A stretch of 51,584 nt of DNA from the NCBI GenBank assembly GCA_964485645.1, contig CAZAMA010000004.1, forward strand, positions 1 to 51,584, in the 5' to 3' direction. Positions 28,168-37,185 of the stretch are shown here, in pieces. The notes beneath the pieces are model-generated. The model was given only the letters and a program-made list of their open reading frames with translations, did not search any database and was not told the origin of the DNA. This DNA is from an uncultured Acidimicrobiaceae bacterium (GTDB lineage Bacteria > Actinomycetota > Acidimicrobiia > Acidimicrobiales > Bog-793). Positions within the stretch are counted from its first letter, which is position 1. Every line of letters starts with the position of its first letter. The position numbers and the translations under genes are program-made.

Positions 28168-29409
28168 TCAGATCACCCCATCGCCGCGCAAGCGCTCGAC
28201 CTCTTCGCCGTCCAGCGTGAGGACGCTTGTCAGCACCTCGCCGGAGTGCTCGCCGAGAAGCGGGGAGCGCTCGATCTCTACGGGCGAGTCCGAGAGCCGA
28301 AGCGGGCAACCCACCGTCAGGTAGGTCCCGCGCTCGGGATGGTCGACCTCGACGATCATCCCGCTCTTGCGCAACGACTGGTCAGCCACCAGGTCCTCAG
28401 TGTCGAGGATCGGTCCGCAGGGGACGTTGATGGCGTTGAGCTGCTCGTAGACGTCCCACTTCTCGTGCTTCATGCTCCACTGCTCGACGATCCCAAAGAC
28501 CTCTTCGAGGTGGGACACGCGCGCCTCGGGTGTGACCCAGGCGGGATCCTCGATCAGGTCCTCACGCCCTATGAGCGCCATGAGCGGGGCCCACACCTGA
28601 GGCTGGATGATCACGTACGCGTAGTCGTTGGGACCACCTGGCTTGCATCGGACGGCCCAGCCCGGCTGACCACCCCCCGAGGCGTTGCCAGATCGGGGCA
28701 CGAAACCGCCGAAGCTCTCGTTGGGGTACTCGCCGAGCGGTCCGTGCGCGAGCCTTTGGTGGTCTCGGATCTTCACCCGGCACAGGTTCAACACACTGTG
28801 CTGCATAGCCACCTGTACCCGTTGGCCCCGTCCCGTCCGCTCCCGCTGGTAAAGGGCGGCCAGCAGCGCGGCGACCAGGTGCACCGCCGTTCCCGAGTCC
28901 CCGATCTGGGCACCCGTCGAGGTCGGTGGCCCATCTTCGAACCCTGTTGTCGACATTGCGCCGCCCATAGCCTGGGCGATTGTCTCGTAGGCCTTTGCGG
29001 TCTCGTAGTCACCTGGGCCAAAGCCCTTGATGGAGCCGTAGATGAGGCGTGGATTTAGCTCGTGGAGGTACTCCCAGGTAAGTCCCTGGCGGTCGAGGGC
29101 GCCAGGGGCGAAATTCTCGACCATGACGTCTGACACGGCCACCAGCCGCTCGAATATCTTCCGCCCCTCCGGACTCTTTATGTCGAGGGTGAGGCTCCGC
29201 TTGTTCGAGTTGAGCATCGTGAAGTAGAGGCTGTCCACGTCGGGGACGTCCCGCAGCTGCTGGCGGGTGACGTCTCCGCGCCCGGGCGGCTCGACCTTGA
29301 TCACATCCGCGCCGAGCCACGCCAGCATCTGTGTACAGACCGGGCCTGCTTGCACGTGTGTCATGTCCACCACCCGTACACCTTCGAGCGCCTTCTCGTT
29401 GCCGTTCAT
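28168..29409 (-). CDS. frc: Formyl-CoA:oxalate CoA-transferase
   Basis: The family III CoA-transferase N-terminus LEGVRVVDMTHVQAGPVCTQMLAWLGADVIKVE closely parallels the known Frc N-terminus. Adjacent to oxc. Confidence 0.9.
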   Translation of the reverse strand: MNGNEKALEGVRVVDMTHVQAGPVCTQMLAWLGADVIKVEPPGRGDVTRQQLRDVPDVDSLYFTMLNSNKRSLTLDIKSPEGRKIFERLVAVSDVMVENFAPGALDRQGLTWEYLHELNPRLIYGSIKGFGPGDYETAKAYETIAQAMGGAMSTTGFEDGPPTSTGAQIGDSGTAVHLVAALLAALYQRERTGRGQRVQVAMQHSVLNLCRVKIRDHQRLAHGPLGEYPNESFGGFVPRSGNASGGGQPGWAVRCKPGGPNDYAYVIIQPQVWAPLMALIGREDLIEDPAWVTPEARVSHLEEVFGIVEQWSMKHEKWDVYEQLNAINVPCGPILDTEDLVADQSLRKSGMIVEVDHPERGTYLTVGCPLRLSDSPVEIERSPLLGEHSGEVLTSVLTLDGEEVERLRGDGVI

Positions 29410-29472
29410 GACTCCCCGGTTAGGTTCAGCGGCAGCACCGCTCCTGTCTCCATCTGTACGATCACTCGAGCC

Positions 29473-31182
29473 CTATTTGTACATGGTCTGGTTCAAGGTG
29501 CCCGGCGCGAACGCGTCCGGGTCGACCCATACGTTCACGAGCGACGGGAGACCCGACTCGCGCGCCCGTTCCAACGCGGGTCGGATCTGCGCGGGATCAC
29601 GGACCTCCTCGCCGTAGCCGCCCAGCATCTCGGCGAACCGTGAGTAGTAGACGTCGCCGAGCTTGTTGCCTACCTCGCCCCGCTCCGGTCCGTACTTTTG
29701 GATCTGGCCGAAGCGAATCTGGTTCATGTAGGAGTTGTTGCCGACGACACCGACGAAGGGGAGGTCGAACCGCATCATCGTCTCGAAGTCCCAACCCGTG
29801 AGGGAGAAAGCCCCGTCCCCGAAGTAGCAGAGGACCTCCCTGTCCGGCTGCGCGAGCTTCGATGCCATCGCGAAGCCGATACCGACGCCTAGGGTGCCGA
29901 GCGGGCCGGGATCCATCCAACAACCCGGCCGTCGTGGCTGCACGACGCCGCCGGCAGTGGTGACCACGTCCCCCCCGTCGCCGATGTAGACGGTGTCCTC
30001 GGTGAGGAACTGGTTCAGCTCGTGCGCGAGGCGGAGAGGGTGGATCGGGGTCGCGTCCGAGAGCAGCTTCGGCAGGCGGGCTGCCTCGAGGCGCTCCTCT
30101 TCGGCTCGCAGCTCTTCGAGCCACACCTTGCGATCGGTCGCGCCGTTGCGCGCCCGACCCGACGCCGCCTGGGTCACAGCAGCCATGATGGCTCCCACGT
30201 CGCCAACCAAGCCGAGACTGATATCGCGGTTCTTTCCCACAGTTCGGTAGTCCATGTCGATCTGGACCACGGTGGCGGCGGCAGGCAGGCGCTTGCCGTA
30301 GGCCATCCGAAAATCGAACGGGGTCCCCACGATCACGATCACATCTGCGTGGTCGAATGCGTACCGACGTGTCTGGTGGAAGTGGTGCGGATCTCCGGGG
30401 GGAAAGGTGCCCCTGCCGGCGCCGTTCATGAAGGCGGGAACATTCAGGGTTCGGCACAGCTCGATAGCTCTCTCTGCCCCCCGGCAGGTCCACACCTGGG
30501 TCCCGAGCAGCACGCACGGACGCTCGCTCTTTATGAGGAGATCGGCGAGCCGCTCGACGTCCGCCGGGTCGCCGACGCTCGCGGTCGAAGCCCTGTAGTG
30601 GCCTGGGGCAGGGATCCTGGCTTTCGAAAGGGGCACCTTGCGGTCCAGCACGTCTCGAGGGATCTCCAGGTAGACGGGGCCCGGAGCGCCGTGGTAAGCC
30701 TCCCGGAAGGCCATGGACACCATGTCCGCCACCCGCTCGGTCGTAGGAACCGTGGCCGCGAACTTGGTTATAGGTGCCAGCATGTCCACGTGGGGCAGAT
30801 CCTGCAGGGAACCCATCTTGTGCTGGTCGGAGGCACCTTGGCCGCCGATGAGCAGCATGGGGCTTTCCGCCCGGAAGGCGTTGGCAACTCCGGTGATGGC
30901 GTCGGTCGTGCCCGGACCCGCCGTGACGACGGCGCAGCCGGGCCGTCCGGTCACCCGTGCGTATCCGTCGGCGGCATGCGCGGCTACCTGCTCGTGCCGG
31001 ACGTCGACGATCTTGATGTCCTCGTCGATACAGCCGTCGTAGATGTCGATGATGTGGCCGCCACACAACGTAAAGATCGTGTCGATGCCCTCGGCCCGGA
31101 GCGCCTTCGCCACGAGGTGGCCGCCAGAGATGGTCTCGTCGGCATCCATCGGTGGTCCTCCGGTGCTCGGGTTGTCGCTCAT
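29473..31182 (-). CDS. oxc: Oxalyl-CoA decarboxylase (ThDP-dependent)
   Basis: 569 aa ThDP enzyme with the GDGAF...NN ThDP motif (YFGDGAFSLTGWDFETMMRFDLPFVGVVGNNS). Paired with frc. Confidence 0.9.
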   Translation of the reverse strand: MSDNPSTGGPPMDADETISGGHLVAKALRAEGIDTIFTLCGGHIIDIYDGCIDEDIKIVDVRHEQVAAHAADGYARVTGRPGCAVVTAGPGTTDAITGVANAFRAESPMLLIGGQGASDQHKMGSLQDLPHVDMLAPITKFAATVPTTERVADMVSMAFREAYHGAPGPVYLEIPRDVLDRKVPLSKARIPAPGHYRASTASVGDPADVERLADLLIKSERPCVLLGTQVWTCRGAERAIELCRTLNVPAFMNGAGRGTFPPGDPHHFHQTRRYAFDHADVIVIVGTPFDFRMAYGKRLPAAATVVQIDMDYRTVGKNRDISLGLVGDVGAIMAAVTQAASGRARNGATDRKVWLEELRAEEERLEAARLPKLLSDATPIHPLRLAHELNQFLTEDTVYIGDGGDVVTTAGGVVQPRRPGCWMDPGPLGTLGVGIGFAMASKLAQPDREVLCYFGDGAFSLTGWDFETMMRFDLPFVGVVGNNSYMNQIRFGQIQKYGPERGEVGNKLGDVYYSRFAEMLGGYGEEVRDPAQIRPALERARESGLPSLVNVWVDPDAFAPGTLNQTMYK

Positions 31183-31285
31183 TTATCTCCCTACCTCCGG
31201 CCGAGCCGCCGCCCAATGCCTTCCGACCGGGGCAGGACTGGGACTTGGCGTGTGGCGTTGTGTATACCAGAACGCTTCGAGGGCT

Positions 31286-31314
31286 TTTATACTCCCTGCA
31301 GGCTCCTGGCGCAA
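31286..31314 (-). promoter_or_regulatory. Candidate sigma70-type promoter for the oxc operon
   Basis: On the minus strand, TTGCGC (31309-31314), a 17-nt spacer, then TATAAA (31286-31291), about 100 nt upstream of the oxc ATG. Confidence 0.3.
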
Positions 31315-31356
31315 GGGATACGGTGCGCTCCTTGCCCGGCAAGGAGCGGGATCATC

Positions 31357-31409
31357 TCCCCGGGGTTGGCGTCCGCAGGCGGCGCTTCCCCGCGGTTGGC
31401 GTCCGCAAG
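31357..31409. repeat. 23-bp direct repeat, 2 copies at 30-bp spacing, between soxR and oxc
   Basis: tccccggggttggcgtccgcagg (31357-31379) and tccccgcggttggcgtccgcaag (31387-31409), with 2 mismatches. Confidence 0.85.
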
Positions 31410-31418
31410 TGGCTCCTC

Positions 31419-31877
31419 CTACCCGACGACGTCGGCAGAGCAGTTCCCGAGGAGATAGCGAGGGCCGCTGCCGAACCGGGCGGCGCCATCGGACGGGTTG
31501 TAGAGAGCGCACTTCTCGAGCGAGAGGCACCCGCATCCGATACAGGAAGACAGCTGCGCGCTCAGAGCCTGGAGCAGGGAGATTCGCCGGTCGAGATCTT
31601 GCCTCCAAGTGGCGGACAGCCGCGCCCAGTCGGCCGCCTTCGGGGTGCGATGGTCTGGCAGGAGCGAGAGGGCTTGCGCTACCTCCTCGAGAGAGAGCCC
31701 GACCTGCTGAGCGATACGGATGAAGGCGACACGACGCAGGACGTCGCGCTTGTACCGGCGCTGGCCCCCTCTGCTCCGCAGCGACGCTATCAGTCCGCGG
31801 GATTCGTAGAAGCGCAGAGCCGACGACGACACCCCAGTCCGGGCGGCGACGTCGCCGATCGCGAGATAGCCCTCCAT
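31419..31877 (-). CDS. soxR: Redox-sensitive MerR-family activator SoxR
   Basis: MerR HTH IGDVAARTGVSSSALRFYE and the diagnostic [2Fe-2S] motif CIGCGCLSLEKCALYNP. Confidence 0.92.
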   Translation of the reverse strand: MEGYLAIGDVAARTGVSSSALRFYESRGLIASLRSRGGQRRYKRDVLRRVAFIRIAQQVGLSLEEVAQALSLLPDHRTPKAADWARLSATWRQDLDRRISLLQALSAQLSSCIGCGCLSLEKCALYNPSDGAARFGSGPRYLLGNCSADVVG

Positions 31878-31895
31878 CTCTTGCCTCCTGCTTCC

Positions 31896-31926
31896 TTGAC
31901 TTAAATATTACTTTAAGTATTACCCT
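31896..31926 (+). promoter_or_regulatory. SoxR-type (MerR-class) promoter with 19-bp spacer and embedded palindrome
   Basis: -35 TTGACT (31896-31901), 19-nt spacer, -10 TACCCT (31921-31926). Inverted repeat ACTTAAA-N6-TTTAAGT (31899-31918) in the same register as the E. coli soxS operator. The ATG at 31933 lies 7 nt after the -10, so the transcript would be leaderless. Confidence 0.7.
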
Positions 31927-31932
31927 GACGTC

Positions 31933-33225
31933 ATGGCAACCCACACGCGATCGGACAACCCCCTGCACGGCTTGGATGTGTCCGACGTCGTCGATGAGTA
32001 CCGGCGCCGCGACCTCGCTCGCTTGAGCGATCAGCTGCTGGTCTCACTGGCAGCTCAGATAATTGGAGTGCCGCGCGCAGCGATCGCGGACGAGCGGTAC
32101 TCCTTCGTCCTGCACTCCCCGCTTGAGCTGATGGCGCGCGGCGCCCTGCTGCCGTACGTCGCCCCGGGCGAGCGCGAGCGGTCCCGGCTGCGCATCGTCT
32201 GGCTCGCCGGGAGCTACGAGTCGGGCGGTCCCCCATTGCCCGGCGCGCCTGCGCGACATTTCGACTCGCTCTCCGGCGCGGCCGCCGCCCTGGTCGACAG
32301 CATCAATCACGAAGATCTCGACGGCGTGGACGCCGCAGCGTCCTGGCTCGACAGACGAGCTCGCCCCGATCAGCTGATGGCAGTCCTCGCCGAGGAGACA
32401 CTCGACCGGCTGTCTGCGGCCGGGCACGGGAACATCTACCTGGCACTCCTCACTCGCACCCAACCACGCGGGCTGCCGTCGCAGATGCTTCGCCATCTCG
32501 CCCGCGAGCTCGCCAAGCGACCCAGCAGGCGTGTCGAGGTTCCTGCGGCCCGGTCAACTTCGGACTCGAGGGCGCCGACTCGGCTGTACGACTCTCTCGT
32601 CGCGACCCGCGTGATTGGTCCCGCGCCCTATGGAGGCATCGCGGCGATGGTCGAACACGCCCAGGAACACAGCGCGCTAAGCGGTCTCCTAGGTGACGAC
32701 GGCAGCTTCGCTGCCCCCGAGGTGACTCCATCAGAGCTCGTGGGATTCGCTGCCCATGCGATGCTCCAGGGACCGTCGTCGGCGGCCCCATACGGATGGA
32801 CGCACTGCCTCACCCTGGCCCAGGCAGCGCTCGTCGTCGGGCACGCCTGCTCCAGACCTCTGCGGGCCATCTATGTCGCCTGTGCCTACATGGCCGCGCA
32901 CTGGGCCAGCTTCGGCCAAGGCAGCGTCGCCTGCGACTGGGTCCCAGAGCCCGTCAAGGAGAGCGTCGCGGAGGCGATGCAGATGGGCCCCGAGCACGCC
33001 GCAGCGGCCGCCTGGCACGCGCCGAGCGGCGCCGCCACGATCACCTTGCTCGCCACTTCCGCCGCACGTGCCCACGACGCCCATCTCGTGAAGTACACCC
33101 TGGCATGCCTCGACGCGGCGGCCGCCGATCAGGACCACGCCGCGCTCTACCTCGCAGCCGCGGCCCATCTGCACGCCTGGTGGCTCCAGAACCCGGATCC
33201 CTCTGACCCACTCCGCAACAGCTGA
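31933..33225 (+). CDS. Hypothetical protein (430 aa), probable SoxR target
   Basis: Long ORF with strong GC3 bias, directly behind the SoxR box. I recognise no family motif. Confidence 0.65.
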   Translation: MATHTRSDNPLHGLDVSDVVDEYRRRDLARLSDQLLVSLAAQIIGVPRAAIADERYSFVLHSPLELMARGALLPYVAPGERERSRLRIVWLAGSYESGGPPLPGAPARHFDSLSGAAAALVDSINHEDLDGVDAAASWLDRRARPDQLMAVLAEETLDRLSAAGHGNIYLALLTRTQPRGLPSQMLRHLARELAKRPSRRVEVPAARSTSDSRAPTRLYDSLVATRVIGPAPYGGIAAMVEHAQEHSALSGLLGDDGSFAAPEVTPSELVGFAAHAMLQGPSSAAPYGWTHCLTLAQAALVVGHACSRPLRAIYVACAYMAAHWASFGQGSVACDWVPEPVKESVAEAMQMGPEHAAAAAWHAPSGAATITLLATSAARAHDAHLVKYTLACLDAAAADQDHAALYLAAAAHLHAWWLQNPDPSDPLRNS

Positions 33226-33249
33226 CGGCGCGGGCGGCTCGCGCTCACC

Positions 33250-34209
33250 TCATTTCACCGCGCCGGCGAGCATGCCACGGACGAAGTAGCGCTGAAACGC
33301 CAAGAAGACGATGAGGGGGACGACGATGGAAACCATCGACCCCGTCGAAATGATCCAGAAGTTGTTTGCGAGGGTACGCTCCTGGTCGTACAGGAACAAG
33401 GTGAGCGGTACATGTGGATCACCTCCTAGAAACACCAGCGCCACAAGCAAGTCATTCCACACCCATATGAACTGAAAGATTGCCAACGACGCCGCGGAGG
33501 CCACGCCTAGAGGGACCACGACCCGGCGAAACAGCAACCACTCACCAGCTCCGTCGATACGGCCGGATTCTATCAGTGCCATGGGGATACCGGTAAAGAA
33601 GTTGCGCATCAAAAAGACGCCAAATGGCAGCCCAAATGCCACGTGAAAGATCACGACACCGGTGATAGTTCCAAATGGATTCCAACCGGTGAGGTTTCCC
33701 AGGTCCCTATAGAGTGAAGACACCGGAATGAGCGCTACCTGGAGCGGCACGACCATCAGGCCGACGATAGTCAGAAAGACGGCATTGCGACCCCGCCACC
33801 GCCCGAACACGATCGAATACGCCGTGAAACTCGAGATAACAGTAACAAAGAATGTCGCCGGGATGCTGATCTCGAGCGATGTCCTGAGCGAGTCGAGGAC
33901 ACCTCCCGGCGCGAAGCCCGACGGCACCCCACCGCCGAGTGACGTAGACAGCCCGCCGGAGAAGAGCTCCTTGTAGTTGGCGAGCGTAAGCTGGGAGGGG
34001 GCGATGAAGACCTGCCACCACCCAGACACTTCGAAGAGCCCGGCTGGGCGGAACGAGATGATCAGCATGGACACGCTCGGTACGAGCCAGAACAACGCGA
34101 TCATGCCCAGCACTATGTTGATGATCAGTCGCGAAGGCCTGAATCGCCGCAGGAGCCGCATTGAGCGCCGGACCGCCGATGGCGTCCCGCCGATGGCAGA
34201 AGCCGTCAT
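33250..34209 (-). CDS. Carbohydrate ABC transporter permease (MalG-like, CUT1)
   Basis: Start at the ATG at 34209 (MTASAIGG..), which overlaps the upstream stop as ATGA. EAA-type loop ESGRIDGAGEWLLFRRVVVP. The track ORF extension to 34590 is rejected. Confidence 0.9.
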   Translation of the reverse strand: MTASAIGGTPSAVRRSMRLLRRFRPSRLIINIVLGMIALFWLVPSVSMLIISFRPAGLFEVSGWWQVFIAPSQLTLANYKELFSGGLSTSLGGGVPSGFAPGGVLDSLRTSLEISIPATFFVTVISSFTAYSIVFGRWRGRNAVFLTIVGLMVVPLQVALIPVSSLYRDLGNLTGWNPFGTITGVVIFHVAFGLPFGVFLMRNFFTGIPMALIESGRIDGAGEWLLFRRVVVPLGVASAASLAIFQFIWVWNDLLVALVFLGGDPHVPLTLFLYDQERTLANNFWIISTGSMVSIVVPLIVFLAFQRYFVRGMLAGAVK

Positions 34210-35669
34210 TTTCCACTGATCCTTTTCAGGTTGAACAGCATCGCGGGGACGACGAGTATGAACAAGATGACCGCGAGCGCGCTCGCGAGACCGGTATGGA
34301 CGCCACCCCCGAAGCCCAGGTAGTAAACGTCGGATGCGAGGGTGCTGGCCTGGCCCCCTGGTTCGGAGGCGTCGATGCCAAGATTGATGACGATATCGAA
34401 GACCTTGAGCACGGTGATGACCATGGTCACGAACACGACGGTCAGCACCGGAGCCAACATGGGCATCGTGACGCGTCGGAAGGTCTGCCACTCGGTGCCC
34501 CCGTCCACCCTGGCCGCCTCGAGCGTCTCGCGGTCGAGTGCAGCCAGCCCGGCTGCGACGATCACCATCGTGAAACCCGCCCAGATCCACAGATACGCCA
34601 GGATCATTGAGATGTCGATGAGCGGTACGCTGAGCAGCGCCTGCGCCGTCTGGCTGAGACTGCTGGTGGGAGTCACCGACTGCGGCCCGAGCCAGAACGT
34701 GCCGGTATAGCCCGGCTGGAAGTTGGATGCCTCGATCGCCACTCGAAACGCTCCCCCGCCGACTTTCGGGAAGCTGAACTGCCCATTGGCCGATGTCGTC
34801 GTGGTAGCTACAGACTTGCCGGCGCTGTTGAGCAACTCGAGGTGCAGGTTGGGAAACCCACCCTCACCCGGGAGCACGGCAGAGGTATCGGTCGGGTTGG
34901 ATGCCGAGAAGTCCCGCCATACCAAGCCGGATATCGCCCCCGCCGAGGCGACGGGCTTGCGGGCCGGACGGGCTCCGAGCACCGTCAGCGTGGCCGGGCT
35001 GATACCGGTCAGGCCCATGCGTATCGTTTGGCCGGCGTCCACCCTAGCGGTGCTCTCGATGGTTCCACCTGGACCGGCGACCGCGCCGCTCGTGGCAAGT
35101 GAAGCCGCCGTCTGGCCGGCTGCCAGTGGGTAGGCGCCGGGCGGGTGAAACCAGTCGTCTACCGTCTGGATTATCGCGTTCATGACTCCGACGTGCGGAT
35201 CGAGCTGGAAGATCTGTGTAAAGACCAGGGACGAAGCAGTCACACTGAAGACAACTGGCAGGAAGATGACCGTCTTGAACGCGGTTGACCACCGAATGCG
35301 CTCGGACAACACCGCAAGCACCAGGCCTAGCACTGTCACGACGAGCGGAAAGACGACGACCCATATGACATTATTCCGTAAGGCAATGAGTGTATCGGCA
35401 GTCGAGAACAGGGACCTATAATTGGAGAACCCGACCGGCCTTGTATCAGTTCCGTTATAGAAGCTGTAACGGACGGTTTCGATAGCAGGATATATAACTA
35501 TTGCCACAAGTAGGATCGCGCCTGGCACCAGAAATACAAGGGATCTCAGATGCTGGACGATGCCGATCCTGCGCCCAGATCTGGCTCCGGACCCATCGTC
35601 GATCGGGGCTTCTTGTGGAGAGACGACTACTGCCATCTTCACCGATCTTTCGACGAAGGACCGGGGCAT
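34206..35669 (-). CDS. Carbohydrate ABC transporter permease (MalF-like) with a ~170-aa extracytoplasmic insert
   Basis: TM helices and EAARVDGGTEWQTFRRVTMP are present. Residues ~175-345 form an inserted soluble domain with an SdrD-B/Cna-B-like pattern. An alternative start is at 35636. Confidence 0.87.
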   Translation of the reverse strand: MPRSFVERSVKMAVVVSPQEAPIDDGSGARSGRRIGIVQHLRSLVFLVPGAILLVAIVIYPAIETVRYSFYNGTDTRPVGFSNYRSLFSTADTLIALRNNVIWVVVFPLVVTVLGLVLAVLSERIRWSTAFKTVIFLPVVFSVTASSLVFTQIFQLDPHVGVMNAIIQTVDDWFHPPGAYPLAAGQTAASLATSGAVAGPGGTIESTARVDAGQTIRMGLTGISPATLTVLGARPARKPVASAGAISGLVWRDFSASNPTDTSAVLPGEGGFPNLHLELLNSAGKSVATTTTSANGQFSFPKVGGGAFRVAIEASNFQPGYTGTFWLGPQSVTPTSSLSQTAQALLSVPLIDISMILAYLWIWAGFTMVIVAAGLAALDRETLEAARVDGGTEWQTFRRVTMPMLAPVLTVVFVTMVITVLKVFDIVINLGIDASEPGGQASTLASDVYYLGFGGGVHTGLASALAVILFILVVPAMLFNLKRISGK

Positions 35670-35742
35670 GGCCTGAACGAGCCAACCACGCCCCGGTCCT
35701 TTATCCGAGGACTATCGCTCCTGTTACGGAGCGGACTGCCAG

Positions 35743-37185
35743 CTAATGACCCAGCGCCGCGGTGGCCTGAGCTTGCATCGTCTTTTCGATCGAAGCAATA
35801 CTGCCTTTACTGGGGTTCTTCACGAAGTTGAGCATGTCCTGCCACATACTTGGCTCCCAGCTTCCTTGCAGGTCGTCGAGGCTGAAGACAAAGCTCGTGG
35901 CAGTCTGCAGTTCGTGCGCGTCAGCTCTCGTGACCGCGTCGGGATAAGACGAGAGTGGCACCTTCTTGTTAGGTGATGCGAACCCACCGAGGTGTGCCCA
36001 TATCTCGCCGGCCTCGGGACTACCCAGGTATTTGACAAGCGCCTTGGCTGCCGCCGTGGGCTTGAGCAGCATCGCCACGTCCCCAGCACCTTGGATTGCG
36101 GAGTTGTTCCTCGTGTCGCCGGCCGGGGCGGGAAACGGGAAGAAGTTGTAGCAGGGGGTGTCAGCGGGGTTGGCCGTACACTTTTTGCCGCCCGCTCCCT
36201 TGGTTCCCGCCGTGTAGTTGGTGGAGTTGGCAGTGATCTCGGAGACGACGAAGTCCGCCTCGATCACCATGGCCGCCTGCGGCATGGTTCCCACCTTGGG
36301 GAAGACCTTGTCCACACATTCGGGGTAGCCGTTGGAAAGAGCTCCTTTCGTCCCGCCGAGCAGGTAGGCGGGGTGGCCAACCAACTGGGCAAGGGTGTCG
36401 AAGGCCCTCGTCACAGTCGGACTCGTCCACGCGATGTTGTGGGCGGCCAGCTTGTTGTAGTCGACCGCGCCGGCAGTCTTCAGGTACACGTTCTGCCAAA
36501 GGTCCGCCACTGGCCAACCGATGTCGGTGCAAAGGGAGAACGGTGAGATTCCCGACGCCCTCAGTGTCGCCGCGTCAGCGAGCATCTGTTGCCACGTCTT
36601 CGGCGTGGTCTTGATGCCAGCCGCTGCGAACTCAGCAGGGTTGTACCAGACCGTGTTCTTGTTCGCGCCCTTGAACCAGACGCCGTAAAGCTTGTGATTA
36701 TAGGTGACGAGGTTGTTCCACGCTGCTCCGTAGTCGGCGGTCTCCTTCCCGATGACCGGCCCGAGCGGCTGGATGGCCCCTTTCTTGGCCAACGCGAGCA
36801 CCGTCCCAGGGTCCGGCACGAGGGCTACCTGGGGAGGGGCTCCGCCCGCGACCGCGGCATCGATCGCGGTGTCCATGTTGCTTCCCTTGCCGCTGTAGTT
36901 CACTTTGACGCCTGTCTGGGCTTCAAACGGTGCCAACACGGCCTCGAAGTCGTTCTGCTCGGTACTCGTCCATTCGGCCCAGATGGACAACGAGCCCCCG
37001 ATGTGCGCGGGGTTCGGCTTGAGGGCCGGAGCGCGTGTGGTCGCTGCAGAGCTGACGACCGCCGTTCCGAGCATCATCAGCCCAGCGATACCTGCCACCG
37101 AGACGACCTTCAATGTCCGCCATGCCGCTGGCCGTCCGCTTGACTTGGAGATCGTCAGATCTCCCCGCTTAGACGTTGACTTCAT
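35743..37185 (-). CDS. Carbohydrate ABC transporter substrate-binding protein (family 1 SBP)
   Basis: The ATG at 37185 is preceded by GGGGAG. Signal sequence followed by a family-1 SBP-like sequence. First gene of the operon. Confidence 0.9.
   Translation of the reverse strand: MKSTSKRGDLTISKSSGRPAAWRTLKVVSVAGIAGLMMLGTAVVSSAATTRAPALKPNPAHIGGSLSIWAEWTSTEQNDFEAVLAPFEAQTGVKVNYSGKGSNMDTAIDAAVAGGAPPQVALVPDPGTVLALAKKGAIQPLGPVIGKETADYGAAWNNLVTYNHKLYGVWFKGANKNTVWYNPAEFAAAGIKTTPKTWQQMLADAATLRASGISPFSLCTDIGWPVADLWQNVYLKTAGAVDYNKLAAHNIAWTSPTVTRAFDTLAQLVGHPAYLLGGTKGALSNGYPECVDKVFPKVGTMPQAAMVIEADFVVSEITANSTNYTAGTKGAGGKKCTANPADTPCYNFFPFPAPAGDTRNNSAIQGAGDVAMLLKPTAAAKALVKYLGSPEAGEIWAHLGGFASPNKKVPLSSYPDAVTRADAHELQTATSFVFSLDDLQGSWEPSMWQDMLNFVKNPSKGSIASIEKTMQAQATAALGH

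Noticed and set aside
27856-29058. 400-aa plus-strand ORF
   Set aside because: Antisense to frc and the 5' end of the synthetase gene. No motifs, and the frc frame is unambiguous.
29597-31342. 581-aa minus-strand ORF overlapping oxc in another frame
   Set aside because: The Arg/Pro/Gly-rich translation has no motifs. The overlapping frame at 29473-31182 encodes a complete ThDP enzyme.
34210-34590. 127-codon upstream extension of the MalG-like ORF
   Set aside because: It overlaps the MalF-like gene and its Arg/His-rich sequence looks non-coding. The ATG at 34209 gives the ATGA coupling typical of these operons.
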